DNA of 64,000 nt, taken from contig JAZQXP010000066.1 in NCBI GenBank assembly GCA_045632925.1, positions 193,454 to 257,453 on the forward strand, in the 5' to 3' direction. Shown one piece after another: positions 58,779 through 64,000 of the stretch. The translations under genes were made by a program, and so were the position numbers. The first letter of the stretch is position 1. Each line of letters opens with the position of its first letter. This DNA is from Eubacteriales bacterium. Lineage in GTDB: Bacteria; Bacillota; Clostridia; Oscillospirales; CAG-272. A model generated the notes under the pieces. That model ran no database searches. It was not told where the DNA came from and saw only the letters and a program-made list of their open reading frames with translations.

Positions 58779-59285
58779 TCAGAAGATCTCCTTGAGAATA
58801 CCCTCAAGCTTTTTGCGCAATCGGTACCAAGCCGTGAGAGTTGCGGGCTTACCGATGCCGAGCTTTCTTGCCGTCTCGTCGATACTGAGCGAGTTCTCGA
58901 CCATCATCTCGAATATTTCGGTTTCACGCTCCCCTAGTCGGCTCTTGATCTCGGCAATATATTCCCTGTAAGCCTCATCCTCGACCTCGCCTTCAATATC
59001 GGGGATCTCTTCATAATGCTTTGACTCATAGACTGGCGTTTCGGGCATACGCTTTTTGCGGCGGTAGTCGTCGATAAAGCGCGATCGTACTCTCTTGCAG
59101 AGCCAGGCGTAGCGAGCGGGCGCGGTGGAATACTCGAATTTATCCCAATGCCGCCAAAGCTCGCCGAAAGCATCGGAGGTGTAATCCTCGGCGTCGTATG
59201 CATCGATCGAGAATCTTGCGATACAATACGCCCTGACGAGCGGATAATATTCCTTGAAGAACTCGGTAAATTCCCGATCTCTCAT
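58779..59285 (-). CDS. ECF-like sigma-70 family RNA polymerase sigma factor
   Basis: 168 aa, of two-domain size. A region-2-like N-terminus (YYPLVRAYCIARF...DAEDYTSDAFGELW) and a region-4 HTH (SIDETARKLGIGKPATLTAWYRLRKKL). Confidence 0.7.
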   Translation of the reverse strand: MRDREFTEFFKEYYPLVRAYCIARFSIDAYDAEDYTSDAFGELWRHWDKFEYSTAPARYAWLCKRVRSRFIDDYRRKKRMPETPVYESKHYEEIPDIEGEVEDEAYREYIAEIKSRLGERETEIFEMMVENSLSIDETARKLGIGKPATLTAWYRLRKKLEGILKEIF

Positions 59286-59399
59286 ATGAGCCTTCCTGCC
59301 TTTCTCCGCACACTTATATAACGATATAAATTGCGGTAATTTTCACCCGAGCGCGAGCATTTACATTTTGTTTACATTTGCCGTTCAAGAGCTGATACT

Positions 59400-59462
59400 A
59401 TTATAGCATAAATTTTGCCCTTGTGCGGATTTTGGGATAAAACGTATCATTTTTGGGATAAA
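59400..59462 (-). promoter_or_regulatory. promoter with tandem TTTATCCC boxes upstream of the sigma-factor operon
   Basis: On the minus strand: TGcTATAAT (-10 hexamer at 59405-59400). Boxes lie at 59434-59441 and 59455-59462. The spacer from the -10 to the proximal box is 28 nt and the box period is 21 nt. Confidence 0.6.
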
Positions 59463-59571
59463 CAATAAAAAGCCGATCACTTTTTAAGAAAAAAAGGAGA
59501 ATGCACGCCAAAAGCAGATCAAGCGCGGGCTTGACAGAGCCGACGAATATTCCCCTTTTTATCTATCATCA

Positions 59572-60450
59572 TTATCTCTCAATCATTCCGAGTGCCTGAT
59601 TCAGCGCGCCGAATACCTGCTCACGCTCGGGATAGATCAGATTCACGCCCGGGATCTTGCGGAGCATACTCTTCATCAGCGGATCGTGCATCATTCCGCC
59701 GCCGATTATGCAGTCAAAATTATCTCCGAGGATCTTTGCGGCAATATTGACGTATTCCTTGACCGCGCCGACGGCCTTTGACGTGATGTAGATCGCCACC
59801 TCGTCATTTTCAGCGGCAGCACGGAGGACCTCGGGCGCAAATCCGGCGATATAAGGCTTGCCTTCGCTGTAGATCTTACCTATCGAAACCTCGGGCTTGT
59901 CCTCGAGATATGCCTCGGCAAGCTCGTAAAGGCGAGTCTTTTTTCCTCTGCCGTCGACATGGCGCAGAGCAGCTTCAAGTCCGTCTCTTCCGACAGAATA
60001 CGCGCCGCCGTTCGAGTCAAGCAAATATCCCCAGCCGCCGATTCGGTGGAGTTCTCCATCCTTACGGACGAAGCACACGCTTCCCGTGCCGCAGATTATC
60101 GCGGCGGCATCGCGATTCGTGCCTCCCGGAAGGAGTCCGAAAAGATTGTAAACGTCGCTCTCGACTCTGACGGTTGTATCGGGGCAAGCCTGGTGGATCG
60201 CGCGCTTGAGCGCCTTTTCGTGACCGACGGCGCCCGATATTCCCGCATAAACCGCGGCGATCCAGCCGTCCGCCTCATCAGCGAGTCTGCGGACGAGGGA
60301 GGATATCATCTTACACGCAGCTTCCTCACCGATATCGTTTGGATTCGATGCGCCGCAGACCTTATAGTTCAAAACCTCGCCGCTCGGATCGGCAAGTGTA
60401 CCGACGGTCTTGGTTCCGCCGCCGTCAACTGCAATTACGTACTTTTTCAT
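59572..60450 (-). CDS. BadF/BadG/BcrA/BcrD-type ATPase (N-acetylglucosamine-kinase-like)
   Basis: 292 aa. N-terminal IAVDGGGTKTVG and CGTGS motifs. Confidence 0.7.
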   Translation of the reverse strand: MKKYVIAVDGGGTKTVGTLADPSGEVLNYKVCGASNPNDIGEEAACKMISSLVRRLADEADGWIAAVYAGISGAVGHEKALKRAIHQACPDTTVRVESDVYNLFGLLPGGTNRDAAAIICGTGSVCFVRKDGELHRIGGWGYLLDSNGGAYSVGRDGLEAALRHVDGRGKKTRLYELAEAYLEDKPEVSIGKIYSEGKPYIAGFAPEVLRAAAENDEVAIYITSKAVGAVKEYVNIAAKILGDNFDCIIGGGMMHDPLMKSMLRKIPGVNLIYPEREQVFGALNQALGMIER

Positions 60451-60453
60451 TAT

Positions 60454-61824
60454 TTACCTCCCCGTAAGGTCTTCAAATTCAACAATGCATCTTCCCTTGC
60501 GAAGGTCACCGAAGCCGAGACCCTCGTCATCATACTCCGCCTCGCCGCTCTGATTGTCATAGGGGTCTGTGCGGAGGAATTTTTTGGGCGGGTCGAAGGG
60601 TGTTGCGAGAGAATTATTATTGATCTCGCGGAAGGTATCAAAGCCTCCGCAATAGTGTTTCCAAAGCTCAAAATCGCCGTGCTTGTACGCGCCCTCTCCG
60701 AAGGAAATGTCGGCGTGGAGCCAGCCCCATGGCGAAACGTAGAACTGTGCCCAATCGTGACTTCCGATTCCCGTGGGGCGACAATGGCTTCCCGACTGCC
60801 AACGCGCAGGAACTCCCATAGCGCGGCAAAGCGCGATAAAGGCAAGAGCCATAACGCCACAGTCTCCGCGACCCTGCAGAAGCGCGAATTCGGGAATATT
60901 TTCGATACAAAGGTACTCGCGCATATAGGAATAGGTCACGTGAGTCGTGACGTACTCGTAAGCTCTCCAAGCTAAGAGAAGATGATTCGTCTCCTCACCC
61001 TTGATCTCTTCGGCAAGCGAGCGGATAAAGGGCGTGAGTCTGATCTGCGGAAGCTCCTCTTCGGTATAAAAGCTCGGCTGTTCGGGCGAGACCTTCGCCG
61101 GATCGAGATCATAATACGGCACCGTCAGGGTATAGGAGAACTCGATCTCGAAACGCTCTCCCTTTTTATACTCGGTCTCGATAAACGCAGTTCTCTGATC
61201 GACATCGGAGATATAGACGGGATGCGACGACGAATGAAGGACGATATCGCTCTGCTCGGGGCATTCCGCGGGATAGGGCAGGTGGACTCTGATCGTCTTC
61301 CCCTCCCTCTCTGCATGCTCTGCGACCTCAAGCCATTCGCGGACACGGTAGCGCACCTTGCGGTAGCCGTGCTTCTTCATTATATCAAGATTCTCGTGGC
61401 GAAGCTCGTTGCGATAAGTGTCGTCATAAACACCGCTCGTCAGCGATTCAAGATAAGCGCGGCGGCATTCAAGAATATTCGATCTCGCCGCACGCTGAAA
61501 GTAGCGCACACCGTTTTTTCTGATATAATCCGCAGTCCCCGTCGAAATGATATATTCAAGGTTTTCGGAGGTGCAGGCGGGATATTTTTCCTGAATCCTG
61601 CCGAGAAGCGTGTCGAAATCGGTATAATAATCCCTCTGCATCTCGCGGCAGATCTCGAGCTCGAGCTCGAGGCGTCGGCGAAGCGGGATCGGCAATTCGC
61701 CCTCAAGCAAGCGGAGCACCGTCTTCTCTTCTCCCTCGAAATCTCCCGAGAACTTGTAAAACTTCACCTCATCGGGAAGCTCGACGGCAATGTATTTTAT
61801 ATCATCTTCGCGAAATCTGATCAT
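60454..61824 (-). CDS. transglutaminase-like domain protein
   Basis: 456 aa. GRGDCGVMALAFIALCRAMGVPARW carries the transglutaminase-core Cys, and a downstream HDWAQ...HAD supplies the His/Asp. Confidence 0.7.
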   Translation of the reverse strand: MIRFREDDIKYIAVELPDEVKFYKFSGDFEGEEKTVLRLLEGELPIPLRRRLELELEICREMQRDYYTDFDTLLGRIQEKYPACTSENLEYIISTGTADYIRKNGVRYFQRAARSNILECRRAYLESLTSGVYDDTYRNELRHENLDIMKKHGYRKVRYRVREWLEVAEHAEREGKTIRVHLPYPAECPEQSDIVLHSSSHPVYISDVDQRTAFIETEYKKGERFEIEFSYTLTVPYYDLDPAKVSPEQPSFYTEEELPQIRLTPFIRSLAEEIKGEETNHLLLAWRAYEYVTTHVTYSYMREYLCIENIPEFALLQGRGDCGVMALAFIALCRAMGVPARWQSGSHCRPTGIGSHDWAQFYVSPWGWLHADISFGEGAYKHGDFELWKHYCGGFDTFREINNNSLATPFDPPKKFLRTDPYDNQSGEAEYDDEGLGFGDLRKGRCIVEFEDLTGR

Positions 61825-61983
61825 AGCAGGTTACCCCAAGGCTTTTTTCTAATTATATCACATAATTGCCGCTGTTGCAAGAAGTTGCGAAAAAAATATA
61901 TCCTTCAACGGTAAGTTGAGTTTATTATGCTTGAATTTGTTTATTGATTATGTTATAATTAGATTAACAATGGAGGTGATAAT

Positions 61984-62859
61984 ATGCCGTTACCGAATTT
62001 TACCGAGCTCACCGAGATCCCTAAGGGGTGGTCGGGTGACAGAAAATACCGTGCCGTAGATGATACGGGGAAAGTATATCTTTTGCGCGTGACGAATTCC
62101 GAGAGGGGCAAGCGTTACGCCGATATGTTCCGTATGCAGAAGAAGGTCGACTCTCTCGGCGTTTCGATGTGCGATCCCATTGACTGCGGTGAGTGCGCTG
62201 ACGGATATTATATGCTCCAGCGATTCGTCGACGGAGTTGACGCCGAGGATGCTGTCAAGAATATGAGCGCGGACGAGCAGTACCGTCTCGGATACGAAGC
62301 GGGCGAAATGCTCCGTCTCATCCATTCGATCCCCGCGCCCGATGATCAGCCCGATTGGGAACCGAGATTCAATGCGAAGATCGACCGCAAGATCAGGATG
62401 TACACAGAATGTCCGCTCAAATTCGAGGGTGATCATTATATTCTCGATTACCTCGCTACACACCGTCATCTGCTCTGTGACCGTCCGAAATGCTATCAGC
62501 ACGGCGACTATCACATCGGAAATATGATGATCGAGAACGGGCATATTGTCATCATCGACTTTGACCGTTACGATTTCGGTGATCCTTGGGAGGAATTCAA
62601 CCGAATCGTATGGTGTGCTCAAGCCGCACCCGCGTTTGCATCCGGCAACGTCGACGGCTACTTCGGCGGCGAGGTTCCGCACAAATTTTGGGAGCTTCTC
62701 GCTCTCTATATCGGAAGCAATATGCTTTCCTCGATCCCTTGGGCGATCCCGTTCGGTGAGCAGGAGATAAACACAATGATGAATCAGGCGCGCGACGTGC
62801 TTGATTGGTATGATAATTTCAAAAACGTAATTCCAAAATGGTACGGGAGGAAAAATTAA
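61984..62859 (+). CDS. aminoglycoside/choline-kinase-type phosphotransferase (APH family)
   Basis: 291 aa. HGDYHIGNMMI (HxDxxxxN) and IIDFDRYDFGDPWEEF motifs. Confidence 0.7.
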   Translation: MPLPNFTELTEIPKGWSGDRKYRAVDDTGKVYLLRVTNSERGKRYADMFRMQKKVDSLGVSMCDPIDCGECADGYYMLQRFVDGVDAEDAVKNMSADEQYRLGYEAGEMLRLIHSIPAPDDQPDWEPRFNAKIDRKIRMYTECPLKFEGDHYILDYLATHRHLLCDRPKCYQHGDYHIGNMMIENGHIVIIDFDRYDFGDPWEEFNRIVWCAQAAPAFASGNVDGYFGGEVPHKFWELLALYIGSNMLSSIPWAIPFGEQEINTMMNQARDVLDWYDNFKNVIPKWYGRKN

Positions 62860-63168
62860 ATGTACGAATACATCTTTACAGCAGTTCTCGGCGTATTTTT
62901 ATGCATCATCGGTGCTGTCAATATGACGGGCAACGTCCGCGCTCTGCACAGATACCACTACCACCGCGTAACCCCCGAAAATATGATCCCCTTCGGCAGA
63001 CTCGTAGGAATAGGCAATATTATCATCGGAGCATCTTTTATGATCTTCTCGTTTCTGATGGCACTTAAAATCGAAATCATTGCAGCAGTTATTATGATTC
63101 TCGGTTTCATTATCGGACTCGGCTTCTCCTTTTACGGAATGATCAAATACAACAAAGGAATCTTTTGA
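62860..63168 (+). CDS. small three-TM membrane protein
   Basis: 102 aa. The start abuts the stop of the upstream gene. Confidence 0.5.
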   Translation: MYEYIFTAVLGVFLCIIGAVNMTGNVRALHRYHYHRVTPENMIPFGRLVGIGNIIIGASFMIFSFLMALKIEIIAAVIMILGFIIGLGFSFYGMIKYNKGIF

Positions 63169-63169
63169 T

Positions 63170-63496
63170 ATGGCAGAACTTACGGTAAACGAAATGCTTG
63201 AGATGCAGAGGACTCTGCAGGATAAATACAAGGATAAATGGGAGCCTATCTGCCCCGAGGTAGGTCAAAACAAGCTCCTTTGGATGATCGGCGAGATCGG
63301 TGAGGTCGCGGACATCATCAAGAAAAACGGATGCGATGAGGCGATCACGGATCCCTCTCTTCGCGCCCATCTTGTCGAAGAAATGGCTGACGTACTGATG
63401 TACTACCACGACGTTATGCTCTGCTACGGTATCACCTCCGACGAGCTCCGCGAGGCTTACACAAAGAAGTTTGAAAGGAATATGAAAAGATGGTAA
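63170..63496 (+). CDS. MazG-like nucleotide pyrophosphohydrolase
   Basis: 108 aa. EIGEVADIIKK and EEMADVLMY (ExxE...ExxD metal-binding helices). Confidence 0.65.
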   Translation: MAELTVNEMLEMQRTLQDKYKDKWEPICPEVGQNKLLWMIGEIGEVADIIKKNGCDEAITDPSLRAHLVEEMADVLMYYHDVMLCYGITSDELREAYTKKFERNMKRW

Positions 63497-63951
63497 AGAT
63501 TATGTTCGTCTGCCACGGCAATATCTGCCGCAGTCCGATGGCGGAGTTTATATTTAAAAGAATGGTCGCCGAGCGCGGGCTTGAGGCGGAGTTCGAGATC
63601 AGATCGTCCGCGACGAGCACCGAGGAAATATGGAATGGTATGGGGAATCCGGTCTATCCTCCCGCGAAAGCCGAGCTCGCGAAGCACGGTATCTCCTGCG
63701 ACGGCAAGCGCGCGGTACAGCTTCAGAAATCAGACTACGACAAATACGATCTTTTTGTCGGTATGGATTCGGCAAACATCAGCAACATGCACCGAATCCT
63801 CGGCGGTGATCCGGACGGCAAGATCCACAAGCTGATGGACTATACATCCCGCCCGGGTGACGTCGCCGATCCTTGGTATTCGGATAGATTTGATATCGCT
63901 TACCGCGACATTTACGAGGGATGCGCAGGGCTTTTGGAAAGTTTGAAATAA
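63490..63951 (+). CDS. low-molecular-weight protein-tyrosine phosphatase
   Basis: 153 aa. CHGNICRSPMAE P-loop (CX5R) and a DPWY Asp loop. Confidence 0.85.
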   Translation: MVKIMFVCHGNICRSPMAEFIFKRMVAERGLEAEFEIRSSATSTEEIWNGMGNPVYPPAKAELAKHGISCDGKRAVQLQKSDYDKYDLFVGMDSANISNMHRILGGDPDGKIHKLMDYTSRPGDVADPWYSDRFDIAYRDIYEGCAGLLESLK

Positions 63952-63961
63952 GGAGAACGTA

Positions 63962-64000
63962 ATGGAATTTAGAAAGATATTCGACACGATCCCCGAGCAG
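63962..64000 (+). CDS. start of an unidentified gene running off the window
   Basis: AAGGAG SD 6 nt before the ATG at 63962. Only MEFRKIFDTIPEQ is visible. Confidence 0.3.
   Translation, partial: MEFRKIFDTIPEQ

Noticed and set aside
59500-59604. A 34-codon plus-strand ORF (MHAKSRSSAGLTEPTNIPLF...) preceded by AAGGAG.
   Set aside because: The SD-to-ATG spacing is only 1 nt. The ORF overlaps the 3' end of the minus-strand kinase-like gene and lies antisense to the regulated promoter region.

Overview
This window looks like a chromosomal core segment of a Firmicutes, Clostridia-type genome. Supporting evidence: an L27 pro-peptide with a Prp protease, SpoIVFB-like and YtvI-like genes, GGAGG-type Shine-Dalgarno (SD) sites, and many textbook TTGACA-17-TATAAT promoters. 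About 60 genes are mostly housekeeping. They include rpoB-rpoC and rpsL-rpsG-fusA-tuf (each with its own promoter), rplU-prp-rpmA, metK behind a SAM-I riboswitch, and an ECF S-component (ribU-like) behind an FMN riboswitch. There is also an amino-acid ABC importer behind a lysine riboswitch, potABCD, folD-lgt-sanA-like-mrp, gpmI, mreB-rlmB, recD2-comFC, an NfeD/flotillin operon, a radical-SAM TIGR03960/TIGR03936-like pair, one tRNA-Arg(CCT), and a sigma/anti-sigma operon. I found no CRISPR array, transposase, integrase, prophage block or recognisable defence island, so I cannot support a claim of a large novel multigene system. The observations most worth a second look are small-scale. (1) Two operons 38 kb apart share a near-identical tandem-box promoter architecture: TTTATCCC boxes 21 nt apart, each proximal box exactly 28 nt from a TGnTATAAT. 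One operon is the sigma/anti-sigma operon, which also carries an unannotated 46-aa hydrophobic small ORF (sORF). (2) An 800-aa membrane protein appears to be a catalytically dead P-type-ATPase skeleton. (3) A MITE-like (miniature inverted-repeat element) ~80-nt family is present in three copies. (4) Three long inverted repeats have arms built from short tandem repeats and sit at gene ends. (5) Several arrays of GC-rich mini-hairpins and one ~180-nt palindrome lie in intergenic DNA. All family names come from motif recognition by eye; nothing was searched.
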